Below are positions 54,400 to 63,882 of a stretch of 64,000 nt of DNA, piece after piece (positions within the stretch are counted from its first letter, which is position 1; every line of letters begins with the position of its first letter). The DNA is from a virus: positions 8,564 to 72,563 of the IMG/VR virus record IMGVR_UViG_3300023443_000190. One strand, 5' to 3'. Both the position numbers and the translations under genes were made by a program. The notes beneath the pieces were generated by a model. That model was not told where the DNA came from. It saw nothing but the letters and a program-made list of their open reading frames with translations, and did not search any database.

Positions 54400-55477
54400 G
54401 ATTCTCGTTCCTTTTAATGCTGACCGGAATGCGATTGCGAACTGTGACGAAATTCCCTAGCTTAAATTTACCAGATCGCCACAACTTAGCTTTTTGATCG
54501 CCTAATACCCTGTCTTGAACCGAAACCGATTGGCCTTTCAGCCAAGACGGGAATGTTTGAATCTGAGCGCGTCCGCCTAACAGTTTCGATCCTACCCTGA
54601 CTGGAATCGCCGTGCAACGACAATCCAAATGTAAAGGTATTGGAGGAATGGTCGATTCCCCGTTTTTCAGGCGGAAGATTTTTCCGTCAAGTCCGGCACA
54701 TCGAATACACGTTCTGGCGTCGAGGATCGCCGACCACATTTCTGCCGCAAAGAACTGCGAATTCTTTTCAACCGTCTTTGTGATAATGGAATTCTTAATC
54801 CGGTTGAGTTGAGTCCTGGCAAGCCTCTTTGTCGTGTCCACCGATGCCCTGATTTGCCTTGATACCAATGTGCTTCTGATTTCCTGACTGGCTGCTCTGC
54901 GAATCTTTGTGTCAGTATCCTCAAAAACATCTGGGTCTCCCGATAAGGTTAGTGCGATGGCCTGATTAAGCCTTTGTGCCAGAAAGAACCTTTGTCTGAG
55001 TTCATAAGTCGCCCATTGTTCCTGCATCGTCTGGTTGCCTATCAGTAATATCGAGAGAATAAAGATCGTCTCTCTGTCTGTTAAACCGACAACCTCTTCG
55101 TCCTCGACTTCAACGTCTTCGTCTGGAAACAGGAAATCGAACAGTCCTTCAAATTGTTCCAGCAAAGGCTTTTGGTTGATTAGATCGGTGTAGTTGTTTT
55201 TGGCATCGATCGACAGCGGCCTGTAGGATTCCAGAATGTCGTTTCCAAGCACATTCAATTCTCTGGCGTAAGCATTGGCCAGACTGTTCACATACGCGCG
55301 CGTGCTGACGGAGATTGCATCGTTGGCCAGTCCAACCAAGTCATTCGTAATGCGACGAAAAGCAATGTCGATATCTCTTTCATACAACTCTTCGGCTTCG
55401 GCAAACTCGATAGCGAACATTGTTGTGGCGTCGAACAGCTTTTTATCTCGTTCGTCCGGTTCGATCAGCTTTGCCAC
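54392..55477 (-). CDS. Minor head protein (Mu gpF / SPP1 gp7-like)
   Basis: WSAILDARTCIRCAGLDGKIF, PPIPLHLDCRC. Confidence 0.88.
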   Translation of the reverse strand: MAKLIEPDERDKKLFDATTMFAIEFAEAEELYERDIDIAFRRITNDLVGLANDAISVSTRAYVNSLANAYARELNVLGNDILESYRPLSIDAKNNYTDLINQKPLLEQFEGLFDFLFPDEDVEVEDEEVVGLTDRETIFILSILLIGNQTMQEQWATYELRQRFFLAQRLNQAIALTLSGDPDVFEDTDTKIRRAASQEIRSTLVSRQIRASVDTTKRLARTQLNRIKNSIITKTVEKNSQFFAAEMWSAILDARTCIRCAGLDGKIFRLKNGESTIPPIPLHLDCRCTAIPVRVGSKLLGGRAQIQTFPSWLKGQSVSVQDRVLGDQKAKLWRSGKFKLGNFVTVRNRIPVSIKRNENLV

Positions 55478-55478
55478 A

Positions 55479-57002
55479 CTATCCCCCTCGTCTGGCTATC
55501 ATCGTCGTGTCGTCGCCATCTGTCTGAGTGCCATCCTCGTCCTGATTCGTTCCCGTGTTATTGTCAGGCGACGTTGTTCCAGGCGTATTTGCAAATGACA
55601 TTCCTATTCCTTCCGCCTGGGAATCCTGTATCTCTTCCCGCATCTTTTCGGGATCGAGTCCCTGTTGTCTGGAACCCTCCTGCGGACTCATTGTGTTATT
55701 CATCGTCGCCAGATTGATTCTCTGTCCTTCTTTCAGCATGTCTTTGGAGATAAGAGTCGGGAACCGGAAAGTCAGTTCGTATTTGTTAAAGAATTCCTCG
55801 ATCGAATTTTGTCCTTCGATCTGATCCGTCTCAATCGCCACTCCAATTACCCATTCAAATACCGGAGTCAGGTTGGCTCGCTGATCGTCCTGTTCGCATT
55901 CCACCATGACATTGACTGGTGACTCTTGAACAAGACTGGCTGCAAAGTTTGCGTCTGACGTATCGACCGAAAGCATTGTTGCAGGCCAGCCAGTGGCCGC
56001 ACCGACTTCCTGTGTCAACAATCCAAACAACGGAGAAGCATCGGAAAAGTTTGACTGAGGGTGCTGGAATGTGATATCGGTTCCTTCGTTGACGGTCAGG
56101 ATTGTACCAGGCCGATACTTTTCTCGATTCCTCGTTCCTTCAGGAAACTTTGTTGTACTCGTTCGCGCATTGTCCATCTGTGCCTGAGCCTTGGACGGAC
56201 TTCCCTTAACTTTTCTCACCAATACCAAAGATGCCTGTAACTTTCTGTGTTTGACTTCACTCCTAAGAAGCCCCTTACGTTCTCTGATATCCTCAATCAC
56301 CGAAAAGAATCTGGTAGTACCTCTTCGTGTTGTGGAGTCGGCATTATCCTTAAAATAGAACATATCCTCGGCTGGAATCACGTCGATTGTTTTTCCATCT
56401 CTTGGATCAACCCTCCTATAAGAAATGATTTCCGTAATATCGTTCGGCTCGGTAATAATTCCTTGATCTTCGTCTTTGCCTTGTTCGTCTTCGATGTCTT
56501 CTGGATCGACAAACCCAATTTCTGGAGGCCACATAACCTCTTCAGGATTCTTCTTTTTCAGGTTGAAGACTTCGGCGTCTCTATAGTATCTGTCGGACAC
56601 TTCTCCCAAAGTCCATCTTTTTCTGTTGGCTCTGAGAAAGTCACGGCTGGCAAACTCGACCGATCTCTTCGCCTTCAAATAATCGTCACTTGTCGCATCT
56701 TCAGGATCTCTCGGTTCAATACTGACGGTGAATTCTCTGCCGAAAATGTAGCACCTGTAAAGTTTAAGGGCACGCCTCACCATGCTTGCCCTCATAGCCA
56801 GATCCCTGATTTGACCCAACGCTTCCAAGCGGTCTGTTTTATCGACAACATCTTCGTCAAGCGTGGCTGGGTTCCAGTCCCTCTGGTCGGCATCTTCCAC
56901 AACTGGAATGTTCAATGCTTCAATAATAACTTCGGAGTCCAACTTGTCGAACTCCTCTCGGGTCATTACGACCGTTTCAGTCTCTAATTCTTCGTGCATC
57001 AA
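55479..57002 (-). CDS. Portal protein
   Basis: 507 aa after terL; RRGTTRF, ATGWPATML..D.SDANFAAS. Confidence 0.8.
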   Translation of the reverse strand: MMHEELETETVVMTREEFDKLDSEVIIEALNIPVVEDADQRDWNPATLDEDVVDKTDRLEALGQIRDLAMRASMVRRALKLYRCYIFGREFTVSIEPRDPEDATSDDYLKAKRSVEFASRDFLRANRKRWTLGEVSDRYYRDAEVFNLKKKNPEEVMWPPEIGFVDPEDIEDEQGKDEDQGIITEPNDITEIISYRRVDPRDGKTIDVIPAEDMFYFKDNADSTTRRGTTRFFSVIEDIRERKGLLRSEVKHRKLQASLVLVRKVKGSPSKAQAQMDNARTSTTKFPEGTRNREKYRPGTILTVNEGTDITFQHPQSNFSDASPLFGLLTQEVGAATGWPATMLSVDTSDANFAASLVQESPVNVMVECEQDDQRANLTPVFEWVIGVAIETDQIEGQNSIEEFFNKYELTFRFPTLISKDMLKEGQRINLATMNNTMSPQEGSRQQGLDPEKMREEIQDSQAEGIGMSFANTPGTTSPDNNTGTNQDEDGTQTDGDDTTMIARRGG

Positions 57003-57814
57003 TTGGCCTCATGGAACGTGGCCGGTATCGATTCGGGGGCTGGCTTCAACGCAGCCTTTTCCTGCTTGAACAAAGTATAAGAGAATATCTCGGCTCGCTT
57101 GATTTTGTCCAGATCGAATTTCTTCCACATCCTTGTCCAAAGCTCTTTCGGCATGTCGGGCAGAGAATCTATCAAAATCCCTGTGATTGTTACCGCACGA
57201 ATGAATTTGGATTGCCTTTCCGTCCATTCTTGAATGAACTTGCGGCAAATCCTTTCCGCCATGGAGTCTTTGCCGATATTTTTGATCGACATACCACGCC
57301 AACTGTTGGGAACGATCTTAAAGTGTTGCTTCCAGTCGTAATCGTGATCGATCTTGTTTCTTTGTTTTTCCGCTTCCCTTTCGGACTTGCGATGTGACTT
57401 TTCCTGATCCGTCAGCCTCACACTGGGAAATGCTTGAGAGAAATCTTTCTTGAACCGCTCAATGTCGAAAGAACAATACTTGTCCCTGATTCCTGACATC
57501 AAGTCTATGTAAAACGCTTTTCCGTACTCTTTGCCGTAGCTTTTCTGCTTAAACTTCAGATTGCGTAATGCTTCGACTGTTTCTCTCAATGCGGTTATGT
57601 CATCCGACTCGACTTGTTTTTTCTCAAGTATCTCGTCTTCGATAGATTGCCTGAGATCCTTGTTATCTAGGAATCTATTTCTTGTGTTTGTCGCGTTGTC
57701 TTCATGCGTCTTTAACATCCTTTCGGATTCGATGCGATCCCACATCGCCTCTGGGCCGGATAAGTCTGGCTTGAGACAATTGTATTCGTCTTTGGAAAAC
57801 GGTGCGCTAATCAT
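56999..57814 (-). CDS. Hypothetical protein, 271 aa, between terL and portal
   Basis: GGGGG RBS; ATGA coupling to portal. Confidence 0.7.
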   Translation of the reverse strand: MISAPFSKDEYNCLKPDLSGPEAMWDRIESERMLKTHEDNATNTRNRFLDNKDLRQSIEDEILEKKQVESDDITALRETVEALRNLKFKQKSYGKEYGKAFYIDLMSGIRDKYCSFDIERFKKDFSQAFPSVRLTDQEKSHRKSEREAEKQRNKIDHDYDWKQHFKIVPNSWRGMSIKNIGKDSMAERICRKFIQEWTERQSKFIRAVTITGILIDSLPDMPKELWTRMWKKFDLDKIKRAEIFSYTLFKQEKAALKPAPESIPATFHEAN

Positions 57815-57822
57815 TATTTCCC

Positions 57823-59346
57823 CTAGTATCTGAAATTCCCTGATTCGTCTGGCGGCGTGACTCCCCATTCATCCAAGCCGCCATAGCTATCGACCAGCCA
57901 ATACAATCCAGCACCCAACGAGTAGCATCTGTCGTCGTGGTGGTAGTTGTCCTGAATGTGGTCGAATCGCCATCTTTTGCCATTAGAATAGTTTACAACG
58001 ACAAGGCTTGCAAGTTCGTTCTCCAGATCGTCCTTAACCGGCCCGTCGTCGATAATGTTTCCTTCTCGATCTCTGAGGACTCCGCAGTCTGGATACCACT
58101 TCACTTTTTGCTCGATGATAAAGTGCCTCAACACAATCGCCATCTTCCAATTGCCCACACCAGACGCAAATTCAAACGTCTCAACCCACAAGCCTTCATC
58201 TTCCAATTGCTGCATGGTTCCGAGTAATTGATATTGATCGAACACGAAGACGACTTGGCCATAATCCCCACCAAATTCTCTTTCCACGTTCATACACCAG
58301 TCTCTAACCCACTCGATTCGGGTTGTCACGCCTGTGACTTTTGGACATATCACATCCATTTTATCGACAATGACCGTTTCCCCTATCTGGTGCATAACGG
58401 TTCCAACAGTTCTGTCATGCTTGGGCGCGTAGTCGAGACTGGCGATATATTTCCATCCGTCTTGTTCACATTTTATTCTCGGTTTCAGCTTGTCGTCGCA
58501 ACAAGCCTGCGTTTCGGCAAGTGTGACGTAGGTTCCGCCTGTTTCCTGCCATTCGTTTTCCCAAAGCCTGGCGTATTCGCCTCTCGGTAGCAAAGCCTTT
58601 TGTTCGTCCAGCATACTTTGCGACATCCACGAAGCAATCGTTCCTTTCGGTGACGAGTGGTACCAAAGTGGAGACGAAATGGCGAATTGTTTGGCTTGCC
58701 ACTTCCAGTCGTAGCCGAATCCCGCATTGCAGCCGACAATGATCATTCCACGCTTTTCTCTCTTGGCAAACGAGGAAATAATCGAATGCCAGAACTCGTC
58801 TTTCTCCCAATGCGTCAGTTCGTCTGCAAATACGAAGTCTGGAGTAATCCCCCACGAACTCGCTACGTCCGAACTGATAATCGTTAGTTTGGCACCAGTG
58901 TTTTTGTTGATGACGGTATTTCTTTGGTAGTCCAGAATCTGGAACAGCCATTGGTTGGTTCGGGCTATCTTTTCCATTTGCTCTCTGACGAGTTTAGCCT
59001 GATCCCTGTCGCCTGAAGCCGAAATGCCGTCGAGCGGTCGATTTGTTGTGAGAAGCAGCCATGTCAGATCGATTGCACAATCTGTCGTCTTGGAATGGCC
59101 TCTTGCCCTTTGTCTCCAGAATCTCTGATATGGGGGTGGTTTGTTTGTGTGACCAGCCACATATTTCAGACACGGATCGATGGCGTCGAAATCTTTCTTC
59201 TGCCAATCGTCCATGTGGTCGCCGAGAAGCAATGGGTTAATGCCATCCGTATCGATCACAAGGTTATTGCGGAAGAATGACGGTTCTGAGACGGTCTTTT
59301 CCCAGAACTCGCTTTCAGTCAGTTTTGGTAACGAGGTTTGCGGCAT
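57823..59346 (-). CDS. terL: Terminase large subunit
   Basis: RARGHSKT Walker A, VFADE Walker B, GCNAG, SLDYAPKHD, FDQYQ, HDDRCYS. Confidence 0.9.
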   Translation of the reverse strand: MPQTSLPKLTESEFWEKTVSEPSFFRNNLVIDTDGINPLLLGDHMDDWQKKDFDAIDPCLKYVAGHTNKPPPYQRFWRQRARGHSKTTDCAIDLTWLLLTTNRPLDGISASGDRDQAKLVREQMEKIARTNQWLFQILDYQRNTVINKNTGAKLTIISSDVASSWGITPDFVFADELTHWEKDEFWHSIISSFAKREKRGMIIVGCNAGFGYDWKWQAKQFAISSPLWYHSSPKGTIASWMSQSMLDEQKALLPRGEYARLWENEWQETGGTYVTLAETQACCDDKLKPRIKCEQDGWKYIASLDYAPKHDRTVGTVMHQIGETVIVDKMDVICPKVTGVTTRIEWVRDWCMNVEREFGGDYGQVVFVFDQYQLLGTMQQLEDEGLWVETFEFASGVGNWKMAIVLRHFIIEQKVKWYPDCGVLRDREGNIIDDGPVKDDLENELASLVVVNYSNGKRWRFDHIQDNYHHDDRCYSLGAGLYWLVDSYGGLDEWGVTPPDESGNFRY

Positions 59347-59812
59347 CTTGCGACACTTCAATGACCGTTTCTTGTGGGTGGTTCTTCTCTTCAATCCGAG
59401 CCAATGCGTTTGTTACGGCAACTCGGGCTGGCTGGGATTCTGGAGGAGGATTATTTTGGATATTCAGAATGATCCTTTCCTTGACGTGATGATTGGCACC
59501 GATCAGATTACCCAAATCCCGAAGAATCGACAATTGCATGTTCATTTTCTGGGTCGGGCTTTCGATCTCGTCAGCCGTCTTGAGCATTTCGTGATATCTT
59601 TGCTCGATGAAGCCGATCTTGCTATCGACTTCGTTGAATTTCTCACCCTTCTCGCCAAGTTTATCCAGTGCTTTTGAGAACGTGTTTCGAGCGCATGTCT
59701 CCGAACAATCAAACTCTTTTATGATCTGCTTCTGAATGTGCAGTCTGGGCAAACCGTCGCAAATCCGTTCGACGGCGTATTCAATCTGTTCGTCTTTGTC
59801 GTCTCTAGTCAT
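59315..59812 (-). CDS. Putative terminase small subunit
   Basis: Helical HTH-like N-terminus; immediately upstream of terL. Confidence 0.6.
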   Translation of the reverse strand: MTRDDKDEQIEYAVERICDGLPRLHIQKQIIKEFDCSETCARNTFSKALDKLGEKGEKFNEVDSKIGFIEQRYHEMLKTADEIESPTQKMNMQLSILRDLGNLIGANHHVKERIILNIQNNPPPESQPARVAVTNALARIEEKNHPQETVIEVSQDAANLVTKTD

Positions 59813-59910
59813 AAGTATTTCTAAAATAATAGCCAACTGGGAGAACGAAGCCCAGTCGGCTTTTCACAAATGGCACCAGCGATAGTGCCATGATAAACGG
59901 TGACAGGATT

Positions 59911-59939
59911 ATTTTAGCGTAAGATCGATTTCAGGTCAA
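59911..59939 (-). promoter_or_regulatory. Sigma70-like promoter for the packaging genes
   Basis: TTGACC-17-TAAAAT. Confidence 0.7.
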
Positions 59940-60039
59940 TACCAGCCACAGGCTTCACCTACCTGTTATGAGGGGCTAATCTGCATTACCAAACAGTTAC
60001 GTCCAGAAGCCCCAAGTTCTGCCCATTCGATGGCAGACA

Positions 60040-60291
60040 CTAAGGCTGGTTGGATTCTTCGTATTCTCTGGTTGCACTGATTAACTTTGAACACAAGCCT
60101 TTAGCGGTAGCCTTCGTCATTGTTGTTGCTAATTCATGCAATTTAACTTCGTAGGGATCGCTCGGGTTTGGTTTTGGTGCACAAGCCACAAAGCCCTCAA
60201 CAGTCGTCTTGATGAATTGAAGCACGTCATCGATATTTACATATGTCTCACATTCGATTGTTGTGACTCGTATTGTTGGTCTTTCTGTCAT
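60040..60291 (-). CDS. Hypothetical protein, 83 aa
   Basis: Co-oriented ORF. Confidence 0.6.
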   Translation of the reverse strand: MTERPTIRVTTIECETYVNIDDVLQFIKTTVEGFVACAPKPNPSDPYEVKLHELATTMTKATAKGLCSKLISATREYEESNQP

Positions 60292-60325
60292 TTAGGCTTG
60301 ACCCCTTTGTTTAATTTCTTTTGAT

Positions 60326-60664
60326 CTACAGTCCCTCGGATTCATATAGCCTCGCCATTTCGGATATCTTCTTGCTTAACAGTAATTTTTGTTTTTCTGC
60401 CTCATCTTTATTTTCGGGCTTCCAGATTTCTGCATTTTCTTCAATAAGCGGTTCAAACAATTGTTCCATTTCTTCTGTTAGCACTTTCATTTTGTCATTA
60501 AATTCAGCCATCCCGCTCTCTATGCTTTCAGATTGATTCCAATCTCTATCCTTACTTCTGATGTACCGAATGAATTTTTCCCCAGCCCACATCAACACGC
60601 CAAGCCCCGCAAGAGGAATCGACCATTTGATAATAAAATCTCCAATTACATCTGCCAATATCAT
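60326..60664 (-). CDS. Membrane-anchored acidic protein, 112 aa
   Basis: N-terminal TM; AGGAAG upstream. Confidence 0.65.
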   Translation of the reverse strand: MILADVIGDFIIKWSIPLAGLGVLMWAGEKFIRYIRSKDRDWNQSESIESGMAEFNDKMKVLTEEMEQLFEPLIEENAEIWKPENKDEAEKQKLLLSKKISEMARLYESEGL

Positions 60665-60681
60665 TTCTCTCTTCCTTTCCA

Positions 60682-60758
60682 GACTTAAAAGACCCCCTTG
60701 CGACTGGGCAAAATGTCGCGGGAACAGGTTGATTCCGATCCCTTACCGATTTTAAGTC
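60682..60758 (-). promoter_or_regulatory. Three-way-junction leader structure
   Basis: GACTTAAAA/TTTTAAGTC 9-bp stem enclosing two hairpins, just 5' of the RBS. Confidence 0.4.
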
Positions 60759-60805
60759 AGTACCCTCACGGGCTAGCAATGTTAATTCACCGCCGCGACA
60801 ATTCA

Positions 60806-60834
60806 ATCTTAACAAATCACCCAGCCCTCGTCAA
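60806..60834 (-). promoter_or_regulatory. Leftward sigma70-like promoter
   Basis: TTGACG-17-TAAGAT. Confidence 0.65.
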
Positions 60835-60840
60835 CAGCAC

Positions 60841-60869
60841 TTGTATTCTTTCGTCTGGATTGTTACAAT
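60841..60869 (+). promoter_or_regulatory. Rightward sigma70-like promoter
   Basis: TTGTAT-17-TACAAT. Confidence 0.65.
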
Positions 60870-60907
60870 GTTTCCCGACGACAACTTTTTGGGAAAGGAT
60901 GCCAGTA

Positions 60908-61075
60908 ATGAAAGAAAAGGTGATTCTCAAACAAATCAACTTTCAAGTTTCGATTGACGACTGGAAGTTGATCCGAAATGAAGCGGCCAGACGGAAGATT
61001 CCTGTCACAAACTTATGTCGGGAATTGATCGAGCCTCTTCTCGATAAGCTCAAGAAACAGCAAGCCGACCGATGA
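60908..61075 (+). CDS. Ribbon-helix-helix DNA-binding protein
   Basis: QINFQVSIDDWKLIRNEAARRKIPVTNLCRELI. Confidence 0.75.
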   Translation: MKEKVILKQINFQVSIDDWKLIRNEAARRKIPVTNLCRELIEPLLDKLKKQQADR

Positions 61076-61161
61076 AACTCAAACCCCGTCATAAAATTTT
61101 TATCGCTACTGCCGTCTGGGCATTATCGATGATCGTTGTTCAATGGATGTTTGGTAATTAG
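61072..61161 (+). CDS. 29-aa single-TM peptide (not in ORF track)
   Basis: MKLKPRHKIFIATAVWALSMIVVQWMFGN; ATGA coupling. Confidence 0.55.
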   Translation: MKLKPRHKIFIATAVWALSMIVVQWMFGN

Positions 61162-61170
61162 GAGAGATTG

Positions 61171-61449
61171 ATGACCGACAAGAAGTTGATTTTTGTAGAA
61201 TGGCATGACGCTTTCGGTGTTAGTTCAGACTGGCAAGAAATCACCGATGTCGTGAAAGAAACCAAACCTCTTTTGGTCAGGTCAGTCGGCTGGGAGATTC
61301 ACCGAGATGATTCGTGTCTTGTGATTGTTCCGCATCTATCGGATGTCGGCCATGATCGCACTAATCAGCAGGGATGTGGCGACATGACAATTCCGGTCGC
61401 GTGTATCGTTCGCGAACAAGAAATTAAACTCAAAAAGGCCAGCCAATGA
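61171..61449 (+). CDS. Conserved phage protein
   Basis: LIFVEWHDA...SVGW...GDMTIPVACI; AGGAG RBS. Confidence 0.75.
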   Translation: MTDKKLIFVEWHDAFGVSSDWQEITDVVKETKPLLVRSVGWEIHRDDSCLVIVPHLSDVGHDRTNQQGCGDMTIPVACIVREQEIKLKKASQ

Positions 61450-61634
61450 CCATTGAACCGACAAAAGGTTATTTCACAATAGAGTCTTGGCATTTCCACT
61501 GGAAGTTCTGGATGCGGAAAGAATGTAATGGCGGGCCTGTCTATTTCGGCTGGTGGGCTGAAATCAGCGATGACTCTGGTGCGATGTCGCCAGATCAAGT
61601 CGCAGTCAAACAATCTATGGGAATTATTAGATAG
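61446..61634 (+). CDS. Hypothetical protein, 62 aa
   Basis: ATGA coupling. Confidence 0.6.
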   Translation: MTIEPTKGYFTIESWHFHWKFWMRKECNGGPVYFGWWAEISDDSGAMSPDQVAVKQSMGIIR

Positions 61635-61644
61635 GAGTTATCCA

Positions 61645-61821
61645 ATGACACGAGATCACACAGCACCACAGATGCTTCACGGCCAAGGCAGGGTTCATTG
61701 CACTTGCGGCTGGTTTCATCTTTGCGGAACCGTTGAAATCGGAGAAAAACTCTGGAAACTACACACGTCCGATAATCCGCCTCCTGATATTGGACGTTGC
61801 ACGAAAAGGAAGAAATTATGA
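61645..61821 (+). CDS. Small Cys/His protein, 58 aa
   Basis: AGGAG RBS; HCTCGW. Confidence 0.65.
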   Translation: MTRDHTAPQMLHGQGRVHCTCGWFHLCGTVEIGEKLWKLHTSDNPPPDIGRCTKRKKL

Positions 61822-62162
61822 CACAACAACACTCACCTGAACCGTGGAGCGACCATTACGACCTCGGTGATATTATTGATTCTGGTGGTCATTACATAAA
61901 CAAAGCCTGCAAAGACCCTTTAGACACTCAACGCATCATCGCCTGCATCAACGCCTGCCAAGGTATCTCTAATGAGGAGTTGGAGGCTGGGGTGATTGCC
62001 AATAAATCGATCGATTGGAGTAAAATGCCCCCGCCGGAATGCCTAAGAAACATTGCCGGCTTTCTTGACCGAGTTGATGAATTCATTATGAAAGACGACG
62101 ACGAAGTACAAAGGGATTTACGGCAGTGGGCAGATTATCTTGAAGAGTTGGCGCCATTCTAG
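61818..62162 (+). CDS. Phage protein, 114 aa
   Basis: HSPEPW...RIIACINACQGI motif. Confidence 0.7.
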   Translation: MTQQHSPEPWSDHYDLGDIIDSGGHYINKACKDPLDTQRIIACINACQGISNEELEAGVIANKSIDWSKMPPPECLRNIAGFLDRVDEFIMKDDDEVQRDLRQWADYLEELAPF

Positions 62163-62178
62163 CCTCAAGGGGGATAAC

Positions 62179-62529
62179 ATGAACCAGACAGAAATGCTGA
62201 AGAGACTGGAATGGTCGGGAATACTTCAGGAGGCTTTCATTCATAGCGCAACACCATGTTGTCCTGAATGTCGCCGCATTCCAGATCAAGGCCACACCGA
62301 GACTTGCGAATTGAACCGTTTAATCAACCAGCCTCAGGTAGATTGCCCGATAGTTGCTGGCGTTTCATTTCAACACGAAGGGCCGAAGGAAACTTATATT
62401 CTCGGCAGCTTCTACGACAACGAAGGGAACTCTCTCATTTTTAGTGACGTTGGAGACTGGGAAGATCGAGGAGACGGCAATTTGTTCTTCAGATTCAACC
62501 CTTCTGTTTTCACGAAGGAAAAGCCATGA
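62179..62529 (+). CDS. Hypothetical protein, 116 aa
   Basis: AGGGGG RBS; CCPEC..GH...C. Confidence 0.65.
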   Translation: MNQTEMLKRLEWSGILQEAFIHSATPCCPECRRIPDQGHTETCELNRLINQPQVDCPIVAGVSFQHEGPKETYILGSFYDNEGNSLIFSDVGDWEDRGDGNLFFRFNPSVFTKEKP

Positions 62530-63044
62530 ACGAAATCCAGTTAGGCCAAATTATCGAAGACGAACAAACCCGCGATGCCATTCATATCGCCATTGCTCCT
62601 GTTATGGCAATCGCAAAACTTTACCCCGGACAGGACGTTGGGTTCATTAAAGGAAGACCCTACACTGTTGGTATTTCTGAGAACCCAATTGGAATTGTCG
62701 ATCCATTTCTCAAAGGCCCAGTTTTTGAGGATCAGTCGTTCTGGATGTTTCTCTATCCGAATACGATTGCGGACATGAGATACCATTGGTCGCATCCGGC
62801 ATTTAGCGAAGCTGAACCTAAGCCGTCGAAAGAATCGGCTGAAGAATGGCTAAAACAATTTGCCAGCAAAACCGGCCTTTCTTATAGTCGCATGATGCAA
62901 ATTGTGAAGGAATTCGTTGATTCCGGTGAAGTGTGGACAGAACAAGGAACCGAGAGAGCGCGTGATGCTTGGTACGCCCTAAAAGACAATAATATCTTCT
63001 GGCAGAACTTTGAGGCTGTCACATTAGGCACGAGAGTTGAATAA
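62526..63044 (+). CDS. Conserved phage protein, 172 aa
   Basis: RDAIHIAIAPV, GIVDPFL, FWMFLYPNT..MRYHWSHPAF. Confidence 0.75.
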   Translation: MNEIQLGQIIEDEQTRDAIHIAIAPVMAIAKLYPGQDVGFIKGRPYTVGISENPIGIVDPFLKGPVFEDQSFWMFLYPNTIADMRYHWSHPAFSEAEPKPSKESAEEWLKQFASKTGLSYSRMMQIVKEFVDSGEVWTEQGTERARDAWYALKDNNIFWQNFEAVTLGTRVE

Positions 63045-63157
63045 GGCAAAAGACGGCTTTCCGAACCGTATCAAGTAGTCACCTTGCAACCATCCCGTCA
63101 AACACCTAAACTCCATGAAACCGCCTTGGTTTTTATGCTCGTAAAATTGGGCGGTTT

Positions 63158-63202
63158 AGCCACTCCAGGCTTTTGTCAACGCAAAAACGGGGTGGCTTTT
63201 TT
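63158..63202 (+). terminator. Terminator between convergent operons
   Basis: AGCCACTCC/GGGGTGGCT stem then a T run. Confidence 0.55.
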
Positions 63203-63524
63203 ATTCACCCTTCTTTTTCAGAATCTCCAGCAATCTGTCCGTCGAGATATTCACAAGCGGCACTTTCTGGGCATCGAGCATGTCACCAAACTTGGGAAAA
63301 GCGAGCGATAATCGCACCATCCGATCCAGGCTGAATGGAGTCGTGTCGGCTGAGACATCTCCAGTCGTATACCCGAAAGGACTCCCCGTCAGATCGACCG
63401 AGAAAGGTAGATACAATCCCGACGTGGAATCTTTCACATAATCGTGCACAGGCTTAAGGGTAGAATCCATCACCGTTTCCCATAATGGATTCTCGATCCC
63501 GCCGACTGATAGCGTTTTACTCAT
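63201..63524 (-). CDS. Hypothetical protein, 107 aa
   Basis: GAGG RBS; coupled to the upstream small ORF. Confidence 0.6.
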   Translation of the reverse strand: MSKTLSVGGIENPLWETVMDSTLKPVHDYVKDSTSGLYLPFSVDLTGSPFGYTTGDVSADTTPFSLDRMVRLSLAFPKFGDMLDAQKVPLVNISTDRLLEILKKKGE

Positions 63525-63661
63525 TTCGTCCTCAACTTTCTATACGCCTCTCCAAACGCAATAAAAGCCAGCCTTGCTCGACGGCACGCAGCGGCGAACT
63601 TCTCGTTGCTCGCTTTTATGTTGATTCCCGAAATAGCGGGGTTTCGTAGTTTGTGTTTCAT
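63521..63661 (-). CDS. Basic 46-aa protein (not in ORF track)
   Basis: MKHKLRNPAISG...YRKLRTK; ATGA overlaps at both ends. Confidence 0.6.
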   Translation of the reverse strand: MKHKLRNPAISGINIKASNEKFAAACRRARLAFIAFGEAYRKLRTK

Positions 63662-63882
63662 TTCCAGTCCTCAAGTGTGACAAATTCGTGGAAGCTACAG
63701 TCGTCGTTTGGGCAGTCAAGGCTTGGCGAAACATCTCCACTGCTTTCGTCGATTGCATGGCTCTCCGGACTGCCAGTGGTATCGATGAACGAGCTTTTCT
63801 TACAACCTGGGCAAGTGATGAAAACACCGCTGCCACTTGGGTCTTTCTGGTAGTTGTCCTTGGGTAATAAATACCGGCTCAT
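63658..63882 (-). CDS. Small zinc-ribbon protein
   Basis: TCPGC...DCPNDDC.FH; GAGGAGG RBS. Confidence 0.7.
   Translation of the reverse strand: MSRYLLPKDNYQKDPSGSGVFITCPGCKKSSFIDTTGSPESHAIDESSGDVSPSLDCPNDDCSFHEFVTLEDWK

Noticed and set aside
63045-63160. tRNA/tmRNA-like structure in the convergent intergenic gap
   Set aside because: Only short hairpins; no cloverleaf, T-loop or CCA.
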